Sequence record: PZ386964.1
Direction: 5' to 3' (one strand)
DNA: 64,000 nt
Source: a phage
Positions 18,238 to 27,479 of this stretch are shown here, in pieces. A model generated the notes under the pieces. That model had not been told where the DNA came from, ran no database searches, and saw only the letters and a program-made list of their open reading frames with translations. Made by a program: the position numbers and the translations under genes. How positions within the stretch are numbered: position 1 is the first letter of the stretch; each line of letters starts with the position of its first letter.

Positions 18238-19908
18238 ATGTCAATTGAACATGACAATCTTCCAGAGGATACAGGTGATGAATTTGGTGCAATCTTTGAC
18301 GAAATTCAAGACGCTGGTGTTTCAGAAGAGATGCAAGCGGCAGAGCAGCAAGGCACCAGAGCTAAAATCAGCCTCCAGCATAAGGCTGTTGAGAAAGATG
18401 CAGAGCGCATGGAATGCTACGGTGAAGAAGACTTGGTTGAAAGAGCACGCTTGCTCGCCTCACTTCAGGTAATCAAGTTCCCTCACTACAAGCCTACCAA
18501 AGATGACTTCGTTCTACAGGCAGACCGGACGAGTGACATGAACCGTTATGCGGTTTTCGACGCGTTGTTTGATAAGGGAAGTGGCATTGTTCCATTCCCT
18601 CACAAAGATACTTTTCGTGGGCGCTTAGTCGACCATCGCGGCGAAACATTCACTGACCGTACCTTGGAAGTCACAGAGATAGTTGCCGCTGTCGACGCAG
18701 CAGGACTGTCTAACCCAAACTCACGTCAGGTCGCTCAATCCTATAAGGAATGGGCCATGCGTTATCAGCGCGACGACCTGATGGACTTCTTCTACAAGAA
18801 GCTTCCTGAATGGGACGGTACTGCGCGCATTGAAAAATACCTTATCGAGCTATTCCGACCGTTCGATACAGAGTTAAACCGACAAATCGGTGTGTATTTT
18901 TGGCTATCGCTCTACAACCGCCTGACAAACCCTGGATGTCAAGCGCCAATCTCCATCGCGCTCATCGGCGGCCAGAACGCAGGGAAGAGTTATTTTAGTA
19001 AGCTACTTTGCGAAGCTATTATGAACGACCGCCACGCAACACCGATTCCGTTGAACTTGGCCGCGCAGAACTTCAACCCGTTCTTGCGAGCTATTACGGG
19101 TCGCTCAATTATCGCGAACGTTGGCGAGATGACAGGCTTTAAAAAGGCTGACATCGAAAACATGAAAGCATTCCTGACTAAGACGGAAGATGACCTGGAC
19201 TTCAAATTTGAAGATACGCAGGTTAAACCACGCCAGTGGATTGCTATCATGGACGGCAACGAATACGCAGGTATGCAGCGTGATGACACGGGCAACCGTC
19301 GTGTGTATCCTATCTTTGTTGGCCAACTCGCCGACAAGGACGGGCAACCGAACTGGTCGAAAGATTTCCAAGCCGACCTTTCCACTTTGAAAGAAGACGT
19401 TTGGCAGTTGATGGCTGAGTGCGCTGCATGGATGGAGAAGCACGGCGAAGCAGGTTACAACGCATTTGTCGGTGAAACATCTCGCATGCTTACTGAGTTC
19501 AGCAAGAACGAAATGGAACGTGCACGCGGCGTTATCCGTGATGAGATGGTCGACAACGACCTTGTTGAAGTAGTCATCACCGCGCCTTATGACCGACATC
19601 ACAGCGGACGCTGGCACATCACCAGTGGTGCAATCGCTATGGGATTCAGAGCTAAGTGCGGCAAGTCGCCTTTCTCACGTACCCTTGCGCCGCACATGTC
19701 GAAGCTTGGATTTGAGCCTGCAACCTATCGCAACCAGCGTGGTTACTTTACGCCGCTGATTAAGAATGAAGCAGGGGAATACATTTCTGACTTGATGACC
19801 ATCTTAGCGTATCTTATTCGCGATGAGTCTGACCCTGAAGATATTGACTTCTTGAAGAAGGTTATTGAACGCAAACGTTCTTTAGGAAGAGATAAGGATG
19901 AATTCTGA
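18238..19908 (+). CDS. D5/VirE-like primase-associated SF3 helicase
   Basis: 556 aa; Walker A IALIGGQNAGKS in the central region, architecture typical of phage/plasmid D5-N / VirE-family helicases. Confidence 0.5.
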   Translation: MSIEHDNLPEDTGDEFGAIFDEIQDAGVSEEMQAAEQQGTRAKISLQHKAVEKDAERMECYGEEDLVERARLLASLQVIKFPHYKPTKDDFVLQADRTSDMNRYAVFDALFDKGSGIVPFPHKDTFRGRLVDHRGETFTDRTLEVTEIVAAVDAAGLSNPNSRQVAQSYKEWAMRYQRDDLMDFFYKKLPEWDGTARIEKYLIELFRPFDTELNRQIGVYFWLSLYNRLTNPGCQAPISIALIGGQNAGKSYFSKLLCEAIMNDRHATPIPLNLAAQNFNPFLRAITGRSIIANVGEMTGFKKADIENMKAFLTKTEDDLDFKFEDTQVKPRQWIAIMDGNEYAGMQRDDTGNRRVYPIFVGQLADKDGQPNWSKDFQADLSTLKEDVWQLMAECAAWMEKHGEAGYNAFVGETSRMLTEFSKNEMERARGVIRDEMVDNDLVEVVITAPYDRHHSGRWHITSGAIAMGFRAKCGKSPFSRTLAPHMSKLGFEPATYRNQRGYFTPLIKNEAGEYISDLMTILAYLIRDESDPEDIDFLKKVIERKRSLGRDKDEF

Positions 19909-20555
19909 TGAATAAAGCAATCAACATCGCTAAATTCTTTCAACATCTTGGTGAACTGAACAAAGAAAGTGACGTTCACGGCGAAGAAATGAACCGAATG
20001 ATCTCAACCGTGTTGCGCGGCTTTGGTTATGATAAGGACTCGATCACTTGCAAGCGTACAAAGCTTGTCGATGAGTCTTATCTTTACTATGTAGAGCTTC
20101 GCATCGGGAAAGATGTGATGATCATTGACCCTAAACTGGAAGGGGCGCACTGTTTTGGCGCTCACCCTCGTGCGAGTGAATTCAAGGGTCGCGGTCGCAA
20201 CCGAATCCAAAAGCTTGATGATGCAGGCGACTTGAACATTGCTATGTTCCTCAAAGAGTTCCTTGCTCTTCCAAAGGTTGCATCATCCACGGGTCGCGAT
20301 GACCCTTGCAAGATTGGCTTCAGAACTAAAGATTTGCGCAATGCGCTACGCAAGAAGGGATTTGTGCCTTCTTATGACAACGTCGCCGCGCTGATGGCTT
20401 CAATGGAGGAAGCTGAAGCGATGGACAAGGTGCGCGGCTATTTCCTGAATACAGGCTTCACCATGTATGAATGGCACACGAAGGGATTGACTGTCGCCGA
20501 CTTCATCTATTCATTAGAGCAGAAGTATGTACGCAATATGCAGGCCACAGGATAA
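19908..20555 (+). CDS. hypothetical protein
   Basis: 215 aa ORF; ATGA overlap with helicase gene. Confidence 0.5.
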   Translation: MNKAINIAKFFQHLGELNKESDVHGEEMNRMISTVLRGFGYDKDSITCKRTKLVDESYLYYVELRIGKDVMIIDPKLEGAHCFGAHPRASEFKGRGRNRIQKLDDAGDLNIAMFLKEFLALPKVASSTGRDDPCKIGFRTKDLRNALRKKGFVPSYDNVAALMASMEEAEAMDKVRGYFLNTGFTMYEWHTKGLTVADFIYSLEQKYVRNMQATG

Positions 20556-20594
20556 TCATCATCAAAATATTTGCTTTTCTGACGAGGTGATATT

Positions 20595-20819
20595 ATGATT
20601 AATTTAGACAGGATTGAGTTAGCACTTAGTACCTTAATCAAATATTACCAGTTTGCTTTTAAGGCTAGTTTGTTTGGCTTGTTCAATCCTCATCAAGCAG
20701 CAAAGGCGCGAAGCAATGCCAACCGCCTGCGCTGCACTGGTATAGTTATCCACGACCGGATATTGACAGAGGGTAGATTCAGCCATGAATACACAAGGGA
20801 GAATAACAAAGCAACGTAG
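20595..20819 (+). CDS. hypothetical protein
   Basis: 74 aa ORF with RBS GAGGTGA. Confidence 0.35.
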   Translation: MINLDRIELALSTLIKYYQFAFKASLFGLFNPHQAAKARSNANRLRCTGIVIHDRILTEGRFSHEYTRENNKAT

Positions 20820-20994
20820 GGCTTTACAAGTCCTCATCCACTACCTGTCACGCCTTTATCCAACGGCGCACGAGCAGAATCCAGCAACTGGTCATCTGTT
20901 TAAGCGCCGTAACCTTTCGTTAAAAACATTCGCTTTAATCCAATATGACCGCTACCTGGACGGGCGCTACTGCGGCCCGAAGGATTCTCTATGA
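20785..20994 (+). CDS. hypothetical protein
   Basis: 69 aa ORF, RBS GAGGGTAG; overlaps previous ORF by 35 nt in another frame. Confidence 0.3.
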   Translation: MNTQGRITKQRRALQVLIHYLSRLYPTAHEQNPATGHLFKRRNLSLKTFALIQYDRYLDGRYCGPKDSL

Positions 20995-21269
20995 TTACTA
21001 CATACAAAGTATTCTTTGTCAAGTGCACATCATCTATTGATGACCAATTTACTGCTGGCAAGAATTATCCCGTGATTTCTGAGTCAAAGCTAGATATAAT
21101 CTTGAACGATCACGAAATCTATGAGCCGATGCCAGCGACTGCGTTTGATGTTATCGGTCACGTTCGGATTAAGACGAATGTTGAAACGATGCACGACCCG
21201 TTGTTCAAGAAGCAAATCAAGAATGCCATGCAAGACTTTTGCGCGGCCATGTTTAAATATTATAAGTGA
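20991..21269 (+). CDS. hypothetical protein
   Basis: 92 aa ORF, ATGA overlap. Confidence 0.45.
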   Translation: MITTYKVFFVKCTSSIDDQFTAGKNYPVISESKLDIILNDHEIYEPMPATAFDVIGHVRIKTNVETMHDPLFKKQIKNAMQDFCAAMFKYYK

Positions 21270-21276
21270 GTTGAAG

Positions 21277-21498
21277 ATGAGCAAGAAAACCCTTAAGGCT
21301 GGCGACCGTATCCGTTGGGTGTCAGGACAGCACATGCGTGCGGGCACCATCCTTGAGTTGGACCAATACCTTACTGATTCACGCGGTCGCAATCACTACC
21401 GCGTTCGAATCGATACGGTAAAAGAAGATGACAAGTCACTTGTTGGTGAAGTGGTCATCGTTACTCCACGTCAAATCAAGGCGGCTTGTGAAGCATGA
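21277..21498 (+). CDS. hypothetical protein
   Basis: Internal start MSKKTLKAGDRIRWVSG... chosen to avoid overlap with upstream gene. Confidence 0.45.
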   Translation: MSKKTLKAGDRIRWVSGQHMRAGTILELDQYLTDSRGRNHYRVRIDTVKEDDKSLVGEVVIVTPRQIKAACEA

Positions 21499-21650
21499 AT
21501 AAATATCAGTTTAGCGATAATAAAATCAGTAAGGCAGATGCAATCAAGCAGCTTCGCCGCGTACTTGAAGCCAGCGGTCATACGAAAGAGCGCGCACGCG
21601 TCCTAGCCAAAGAACATTATAAACGTTTTGTGTCACAAATCAGAGGTTAA
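21495..21650 (+). CDS. small hypothetical protein (51 aa)
   Basis: ATGA overlap; hand translation MNKYQFSDNKISKADAIKQLRRVLEASGHTKERARVLAKEHYKRFVSQIRG. Confidence 0.35.
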   Translation: MNKYQFSDNKISKADAIKQLRRVLEASGHTKERARVLAKEHYKRFVSQIRG

Positions 21651-21652
21651 TT

Positions 21653-22135
21653 ATGATCATCCATCGCCCTTTAATGTTAAGTAAATCAGAAGCCGCAATT
21701 ATTTTAGCGGCAGCCAGTCAATGTGACGTTCCAATTTCATTAAGGATGAAAATAAATAAATTCATCGACAGAGAGTTTGCGGATGTTGAGTCATTCGATA
21801 TTTTGCCGCCAACCAAAAGGCATGTTGAAAGAACTGTGTATCACCAATCACGTTGCGTAAAAGTTCCTATTAAAACTTATGTAGATCAAAAGCCGCGCCT
21901 TAAGCCTGTTCCGGCTGATAAAATAGAAGTCGGTGATGTTATCGTCTGCGTATATTACGGCAGTCAGATTTTCAATGCTGTTGTAGTAAGACGATACAGC
22001 ATAAACGGCTGCCAATACATGGAAGTGACAAACGCAAAGAAAGAACCTGGCAGCTTGAACGTGGCTTACGCATTAAGGGAATTCAGCAGCCCTTCTTGCA
22101 CTCTTTATAAGGTACTCGACCATGGCTCATGTTAA
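21653..22135 (+). CDS. hypothetical protein
   Basis: 160 aa ORF. Confidence 0.5.
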   Translation: MIIHRPLMLSKSEAAIILAAASQCDVPISLRMKINKFIDREFADVESFDILPPTKRHVERTVYHQSRCVKVPIKTYVDQKPRLKPVPADKIEVGDVIVCVYYGSQIFNAVVVRRYSINGCQYMEVTNAKKEPGSLNVAYALREFSSPSCTLYKVLDHGSC

Positions 22136-22469
22136 AGACGAAGTGCTGTTTGGCGCAGAGATTAAGAAGCGTGTCAGAGAAATGGCAGGAGAAGAAAGAA
22201 TGAAACCACTGCGAAAAGGTTTTGATCACATCAATGGTGTATCCGGCACTAAGGAGATGGGCGTGTTGGTGAAAGACATCCGCGTTGGCGATGTCATGGT
22301 CATCGACCGACAAGCGCGAGTCGTTATCCAGGTGCAACCGAACGATGATGAAGGGTGTGTCCTATTGAAGCTGAAGAAGCTTTCATCCAGCCCAGCAAAA
22401 GCCGTCATCAAGAAGGTCTGGCCCAAAGGATTACGCAAACTCATTCGTCGACCCGTGGAGAATGTGTGA
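22122..22469 (+). CDS. hypothetical protein
   Basis: 115 aa ORF. Confidence 0.45.
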   Translation: MAHVKDEVLFGAEIKKRVREMAGEERMKPLRKGFDHINGVSGTKEMGVLVKDIRVGDVMVIDRQARVVIQVQPNDDEGCVLLKLKKLSSSPAKAVIKKVWPKGLRKLIRRPVENV

Positions 22470-22705
22470 TGGAAGATTATATCAATTCTATGTACATGGC
22501 ATTCTATGTCGTACAACTTCCCAATGGCGCGGTATTTTATGGCGAGTATACCTTTGACGTTCAATATGACGTATCAGAGCGTACAGTGTTAACAAGGGAG
22601 TTGATTACGGACCTTAAGGACGACATCAAGCGCGTCGCGCGGCAGCAGTTCAATTTAGATGACACCGTAATCGTTCGTATCACCGGAATAACAGAGGTGC
22701 AGTAA
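22469..22705 (+). CDS. hypothetical protein
   Basis: Start moved to MEDYINSMY... (ATG overlapping upstream stop). Confidence 0.45.
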   Translation: MEDYINSMYMAFYVVQLPNGAVFYGEYTFDVQYDVSERTVLTRELITDLKDDIKRVARQQFNLDDTVIVRITGITEVQ

Positions 22706-23034
22706 TGACCCGTGATCAGATACTCGCCGCGCATGAGCGTGGATTGATAAAAGAAGTATGGAAGAAGGCCAATGCCTTTGCTGATTCTTATTACTTCTTA
22801 AAGAAGTGCATCAAGCAAAACGCAAAGATGGATAACACTGTATTGACATTCAACCTTTTGTCTAACGGAGCGAAGCTTGATGCAATATGCGGTTGCAGAA
22901 TTGCCAGTGTGATGTTTGAACGAGGTGCTCACAAAGACTCTTTCTTCTATCAATTCTCTCACCGGACGGGTGATACAAAGATAACAAGGACAAGGCACGA
23001 GATAGAGATTGACCTACTCCACTATGTAAAATGA
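22705..23034 (+). CDS. hypothetical protein
   Basis: 109 aa ORF. Confidence 0.45.
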   Translation: MTRDQILAAHERGLIKEVWKKANAFADSYYFLKKCIKQNAKMDNTVLTFNLLSNGAKLDAICGCRIASVMFERGAHKDSFFYQFSHRTGDTKITRTRHEIEIDLLHYVK

Positions 23035-23058
23035 ATATCAAAAAGGTGAGCTAAATGC

Positions 23059-23087
23059 TTGCCTTTTCTTTTATCAATACTTATACT
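23059..23087 (+). promoter_or_regulatory. sigma70-like promoter inside a conserved about 30-bp module (copy 1)
   Basis: TTGCCT -17- TATACT; the preceding AAAAGGTGAGCTAAATGCTTGCCTTTT is repeated nearly identically at about 24294-24320; followed by RBS GTGAGGTG and ATG at 23120. Confidence 0.55.
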
Positions 23088-23119
23088 CTTTTCATCAAGA
23101 CGAACAAGTGAGGTGAATT

Positions 23120-23437
23120 ATGATTTACTTAGGCATGGACGAAGACGCGAACAAAGACCTTTCAAGGGTGCCAAACGTTAAGTTAGACACAGCTGTACAC
23201 ATCAAGCCTTGGCCAATCGCCCACCCCGACGTAGTTGTACCAGTCGCGCCTGGCACGCGTTACGTGGCCATTGATGACGACGGAGTAATTCACTGTTATT
23301 CGGAAAAACCAAAGTATATAAAGCAATATCACGGTTGGTTTTTGGACGAGCACGCAATGGCGCGTTACTGCGGCGAAGTCGGGCTGGAAGGCTGGAGCTT
23401 CAAGGCTAGTGAATCGTGTGTCGAGGTGCAATTATGA
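23120..23437 (+). CDS. hypothetical protein
   Basis: 105 aa ORF downstream of promoter copy 1. Confidence 0.5.
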   Translation: MIYLGMDEDANKDLSRVPNVKLDTAVHIKPWPIAHPDVVVPVAPGTRYVAIDDDGVIHCYSEKPKYIKQYHGWFLDEHAMARYCGEVGLEGWSFKASESCVEVQL

Positions 23438-23652
23438 ACGCCGCGCTGGGTAAGTTGCCATTCAATAAGCGTAATGAGTTGCGCATGGTATCGCGCTTTC
23501 AACAAACGCATTTATCACTAATCAAGATTGCAAACAAGGCATACTCTCTAAATTGTCCTGAAGAAGAATGGAAAGAATTGAATGAGCGTCGTAAACAATT
23601 ACAAAAGGCTGCATTTAAGCTGCAGCAATATGCTATGGAGTATGCGAAATGA
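23434..23652 (+). CDS. hypothetical protein
   Basis: Start at MNAALGKL... (ATGA overlap). Confidence 0.45.
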   Translation: MNAALGKLPFNKRNELRMVSRFQQTHLSLIKIANKAYSLNCPEEEWKELNERRKQLQKAAFKLQQYAMEYAK

Positions 23653-24032
23653 GAATGAAACGCTGTCCTTATTGTCATGACGTCATGCACCTTCCGCATG
23701 AAGAGTTTGTGCAGCACATGACTAATTGTGATAAGAATCCTAAGAGCGAAAGCCAGCTTGAAGAAAGAATGTTTCTTGTGTCATTCAAAGCTTCTGCTTA
23801 TGAAGTGCAACGGGCTTACGGCGCACCAAGTACGATTTACTGTCCAACAACATTGAGAAGTGACATCGACTCAATTCAGCTTGCGGCCTGGATTAACGTT
23901 AAGGAAGGAATCACGCCGCACTTTATTGCGCGCATCCAATCTCAGATTCTACAAATCAAGCGCGAATACAACCGTGACATTACTGAAGTGAAGGTGTTGT
24001 CTATCACGCCTATGAATAAGGAGTTGCCGTGA
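23649..24032 (+). CDS. hypothetical protein (Cys/His-containing N-terminus)
   Basis: 127 aa; CPYCHDVMHLPHEEFVQHMTNC zinc-finger-like. Confidence 0.45.
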   Translation: MRMKRCPYCHDVMHLPHEEFVQHMTNCDKNPKSESQLEERMFLVSFKASAYEVQRAYGAPSTIYCPTTLRSDIDSIQLAAWINVKEGITPHFIARIQSQILQIKREYNRDITEVKVLSITPMNKELP

Positions 24033-24289
24033 ACAAGGGTCCGATGACGAAGTTGGCTGTTGCCGCGCGGAAGCTTCGACAAGCCGTTAATGGGTCGCGG
24101 CCCGTGGCGTTAACACTCGACGACGCAAAGGCACTGGTAGAGCTACTCGACGAGCACAACCGACGCAAGAATCTGGAGAACACATTACGCTGGCGCGTTA
24201 CTCCGAAAGGGCGGGAGAGTGAAAAGAAAGCTTACTTGCGACGCAAACTAAGGTCGGTCGGCCTCCACGAAGAGGCAAAGAATATTTAA
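24029..24289 (+). CDS. hypothetical protein
   Basis: 86 aa ORF. Confidence 0.45.
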   Translation: MNKGPMTKLAVAARKLRQAVNGSRPVALTLDDAKALVELLDEHNRRKNLENTLRWRVTPKGRESEKKAYLRRKLRSVGLHEEAKNI

Positions 24290-24311
24290 TTCAAAAAGGT
24301 GAGCTATATGC

Positions 24312-24339
24312 TTGCCTTTTTATTTGCCTGTATTATACT
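24312..24339 (+). promoter_or_regulatory. sigma70-like promoter inside the conserved module (copy 2)
   Basis: TTGCCT -16- TATACT, preceded by AAAAAGGTGAGCTATATGCTTGCCTTTTT; RBS GGAGA then ATG at 24368. Confidence 0.55.
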
Positions 24340-24367
24340 TAGTTCATCAAGCAAAGGAGATTTGATT

Positions 24368-24670
24368 ATGAGTTACGACGAAAGGTTTGGCAGAAGCGGA
24401 TTATTCCACGACGCTGTATACAAAGACAGCAAAGATGTTGTCTGCGCATTCAAGGTTGATTCTTACGGTACGCTGAAACCTTTTAAGGTCGGCGAAACAT
24501 ACAAGCTGTTTCACGGCTGGTTGACGCGTCGCAACAACTTGCCTGACATGGAAGTTTGGTGGATAGAACACAAGGGTCAGGCTCATCGGTGCAAGGTTGT
24601 AGAGGTGCGCGGCGTGAACTACTATCAATCTGTTATCAGCGGATTTGTTTTTAAAGAGGGTGAGCTATGA
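24368..24670 (+). CDS. hypothetical protein (shares FKVGxTYxL motif with 25890-26231)
   Basis: Start at MSYDERFG... downstream of promoter copy 2; the ORF-track N-terminal extension would run through the promoter. Confidence 0.45.
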   Translation: MSYDERFGRSGLFHDAVYKDSKDVVCAFKVDSYGTLKPFKVGETYKLFHGWLTRRNNLPDMEVWWIEHKGQAHRCKVVEVRGVNYYQSVISGFVFKEGEL

Positions 24671-24972
24671 GTACCGAAGCAATGAAGAAAAAGATTTTGA
24701 ACGCTTTGCAAGAAGCCGTGAACTGTGGTGCCATTAAAGTATTTCATGAATTGCAATTTGGTGAAGGTGACGCGGTAGAATTTTACAGCAATAAAGACGG
24801 TCTTGCGACAATTTTCTTTTCAGAGCAAAGGGTTGGTGAGTGTATCCTGCAAATTGGTGGATATAGGCTTGTCGTCGACGATGCATTCATCACCTGCGCT
24901 GATGGCCTTGATCCGATGTTGACGCTTGAGCGTCGCGGCATCCGTGTTGCAACATTTGGAGGGAAGTTATGA
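24667..24972 (+). CDS. hypothetical protein
   Basis: 101 aa ORF. Confidence 0.45.
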   Translation: MSTEAMKKKILNALQEAVNCGAIKVFHELQFGEGDAVEFYSNKDGLATIFFSEQRVGECILQIGGYRLVVDDAFITCADGLDPMLTLERRGIRVATFGGKL

Positions 24973-25154
24973 GCACTGAAGTCCATAACGCATCAGCATT
25001 GGTCAGCTTCTACCGTAACAAAGGTGTGTCGCTCGTTAAAACGCCGCAAGGGATGTTGTTCTTTGGAACGCGATTCCTTAAGGCTTCGGAGCGTGAAACG
25101 CTGTCCAAGTTCGACCAGAAAACATTACACGCAGTATGGAGAAGACAGCAATGA
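24969..25154 (+). CDS. hypothetical protein
   Basis: 61 aa ORF. Confidence 0.35.
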   Translation: MSTEVHNASALVSFYRNKGVSLVKTPQGMLFFGTRFLKASERETLSKFDQKTLHAVWRRQQ

Positions 25155-25387
25155 CATCCAACCTTAAAGCCCGTTTGTTATTCATCAAGCCGCATGTGCC
25201 GTATAAGATTAGCAAGCGCACCTGGCTGAACATCTACAACCGCAGTGGCGACCGCTGCTTGTACAAGGCAAAGCGACGCAAGAAGGTCTATTTAAAAGCG
25301 GTAATGTCGCAGCCCGTCGATGCATTTAACATCGGCGAAAATGAATTGTCAATCGGCTATCAAATTGAACTCGGAGTAAAGAAATGA
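25151..25387 (+). CDS. hypothetical protein
   Basis: Start at MTSNLKAR... with RBS GGAGAAG. Confidence 0.4.
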   Translation: MTSNLKARLLFIKPHVPYKISKRTWLNIYNRSGDRCLYKAKRRKKVYLKAVMSQPVDAFNIGENELSIGYQIELGVKK

Positions 25388-25890
25388 AAATCGAACAACT
25401 CGAAGCAGTATTGGAAATGGCCGTAAAGGCAGGCGCAATCAAAAGCTATCGTCGCGAGAAGTCCGACGATGCTGCGCACTTTTGTCGCAACTTCTATATC
25501 GTCGGCAACCTTAACGACCACTACACTATCGAGTGGTATATAAATATAATGACGCTTAAGTCGCGCACCATGGAGCTTTGGTGTGATGACATTTGCTTAT
25601 CCAACACCCATCCATCCTACGACGTTGCGTTAGCATTCTATTACGGAAGCCGTCAACCTGTCGCCCACATCGGTGAGAAGTATGAGCACTTGAAGGAGAA
25701 GCCAACGAAAAATGACGGATGGATTGATTGGGACAGCGGCGAGAATCCGGTGCCTGGTAAGAAGGTCATGTATAAGTTGCGCGACGGCGATGAATCAAGA
25801 AAGCCTGTTCTTTCAGATGATTTGAGATGGGAGATGGTTGACGATTCTTATGCAGCTGACATCATTGCTTATCGGGTCGTGGAGGAATAA
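25384..25890 (+). CDS. hypothetical protein; C-terminal domain paralogous to 27060-27479
   Basis: C-terminus DWDSGENPVPGKKVMYKL...IIAYRVVEE matches WFGGANPVPGKMVEFEL...IIAYRVVKEG in the other gene. Confidence 0.5.
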   Translation: MKIEQLEAVLEMAVKAGAIKSYRREKSDDAAHFCRNFYIVGNLNDHYTIEWYINIMTLKSRTMELWCDDICLSNTHPSYDVALAFYYGSRQPVAHIGEKYEHLKEKPTKNDGWIDWDSGENPVPGKKVMYKLRDGDESRKPVLSDDLRWEMVDDSYAADIIAYRVVEE

Positions 25891-26231
25891 TGAAAGAGCA
25901 AGAAGGCCGTGAGCTGACATTCGATGAACAGATGGCCGAACTTCAGCGCACATCGCCGCTGCGCGGTAAGGTTGTTGACATCGAGGCAAGCGAATCCAAT
26001 CTCACCCAGTGGCGGCTCAAGTGCACCAGCACAAGCAAGGATATGTTAAGCTTCAAAGTCGGTCAGACTTATTTGCTTTATGAGGCAAAAGGACTTATTA
26101 TTGATGGAAGGCAAATTGTCTTCACAGTCGTCAACGGCACGCGTTGGTTTGTGAAGCGTGGTGTCGAGGGTCGTGACATTTTTGTCGCAGGCTTTCCAGA
26201 AACAAGATTCCAATTGGAGAAGGTTAAATGA
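25890..26231 (+). CDS. hypothetical protein
   Basis: 113 aa ORF. Confidence 0.45.
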   Translation: MKEQEGRELTFDEQMAELQRTSPLRGKVVDIEASESNLTQWRLKCTSTSKDMLSFKVGQTYLLYEAKGLIIDGRQIVFTVVNGTRWFVKRGVEGRDIFVAGFPETRFQLEKVK

Positions 26232-26560
26232 AATTGAAATGGTACGTGGACCCTGAGCCGACAGGCTCATACAGGTCATTCCAACGTCGCGGCTGGCCGA
26301 TTTGTTACAGCGGCAATCCCGATAAAGAAGATTGCGAGATGATCGCCGCGATAGTAAGTCTTAACCATGACGGCTATGAAGGCCACTACGCGAGAGCAAC
26401 CAACCTTCGGCTCAAGGTGCGCATTCATTTCAAGGTCGCAGGCGAGGACCGCACCGGACTCTCCAAGGAAGAGTTCAGCAGCATCGCTGAAGCAAAGGCA
26501 TGGCTCAAGGCGTTCTATAAGAACAACCCTAAATTCTATCCAACTAAGGGTGCATCATGA
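26228..26560 (+). CDS. hypothetical protein
   Basis: 110 aa ORF. Confidence 0.45.
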   Translation: MKLKWYVDPEPTGSYRSFQRRGWPICYSGNPDKEDCEMIAAIVSLNHDGYEGHYARATNLRLKVRIHFKVAGEDRTGLSKEEFSSIAEAKAWLKAFYKNNPKFYPTKGAS

Positions 26561-27063
26561 CTAACAAAACGCAACGCATCAATTTTGAAGGCAAAGAATA
26601 TGAAATAGATGCTCGTGCAAAGTTTATCGCACGGGATTCTAACGGCACCGTCTGGACGTATGAAGAGAAGCCTGCATGGAACGAGCGACATGGCCAGTGG
26701 GTTGGCCAGTGGGGATATGCAATCGGCGATTCACTTTGGTGCAAGCAAATTGGCGATGGTAAAATTTTCGAAGAAAACAGACCAGCGTCACGTGATTCAT
26801 TAAAAGAAGTCGCAACAATCAAGGTGCAAGAACGAATGGCATCGACCAACCAATACTACGCAGTCGGGCAGCGTGACATCGAGCAACTCGACGAGGGCGG
26901 CTATTATACGCGCCACATCTATGCCATAACGCATGAAGGACTCTACAGCAAGTCGGACATCGCCGCTGAACTGGCCCATCGTGACTTGCAAATTGACATG
27001 TTGCGTCTAGCTCTTGAGAAGCAAACACAAATCGCTATTGGAATTTTGGAGAAGTTAAAATGA
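26557..27063 (+). CDS. hypothetical protein
   Basis: 168 aa ORF. Confidence 0.45.
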   Translation: MTNKTQRINFEGKEYEIDARAKFIARDSNGTVWTYEEKPAWNERHGQWVGQWGYAIGDSLWCKQIGDGKIFEENRPASRDSLKEVATIKVQERMASTNQYYAVGQRDIEQLDEGGYYTRHIYAITHEGLYSKSDIAAELAHRDLQIDMLRLALEKQTQIAIGILEKLK

Positions 27064-27479
27064 TCCAACGTTATGATGTAGACTATTGCACGCAGCACGC
27101 CTGCACTTGTGAAATGGAAAAGGATGATGAAGGCGGTTACGTTGAGTATGAAGCTTATGCCGCGCTGGAAGCGAAATACAGTGAAGCGCAACGCGAGTTG
27201 GTTGCATTACGCTCACAGGTCCGTGATGCGTCGGCGCTCGTTAAGCAGTTGCACGACGTTGTTGCTACTATAGGCGTGGATGATGATGCGCCGAAGGAGG
27301 AAGCGTGGACCGTGTGGTTTGGTGGCGCGAATCCGGTGCCTGGGAAGATGGTTGAGTTTGAATTACTCAACGGTTATAAATCAAAAGAGGCCGTTCCTTC
27401 GGATAGTTTGACATGGGATAAAGTCACAAGCCCGACTGGTGCAAAGATCATTGCTTATCGGGTCGTTAAGGAGGGGTGA
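27060..27479 (+). CDS. hypothetical protein; C-terminal domain paralogous to 25384-25890
   Basis: Shared NPVPGK...IIAYRVV C-terminal motif. Confidence 0.5.
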   Translation: MIQRYDVDYCTQHACTCEMEKDDEGGYVEYEAYAALEAKYSEAQRELVALRSQVRDASALVKQLHDVVATIGVDDDAPKEEAWTVWFGGANPVPGKMVEFELLNGYKSKEAVPSDSLTWDKVTSPTGAKIIAYRVVKEG

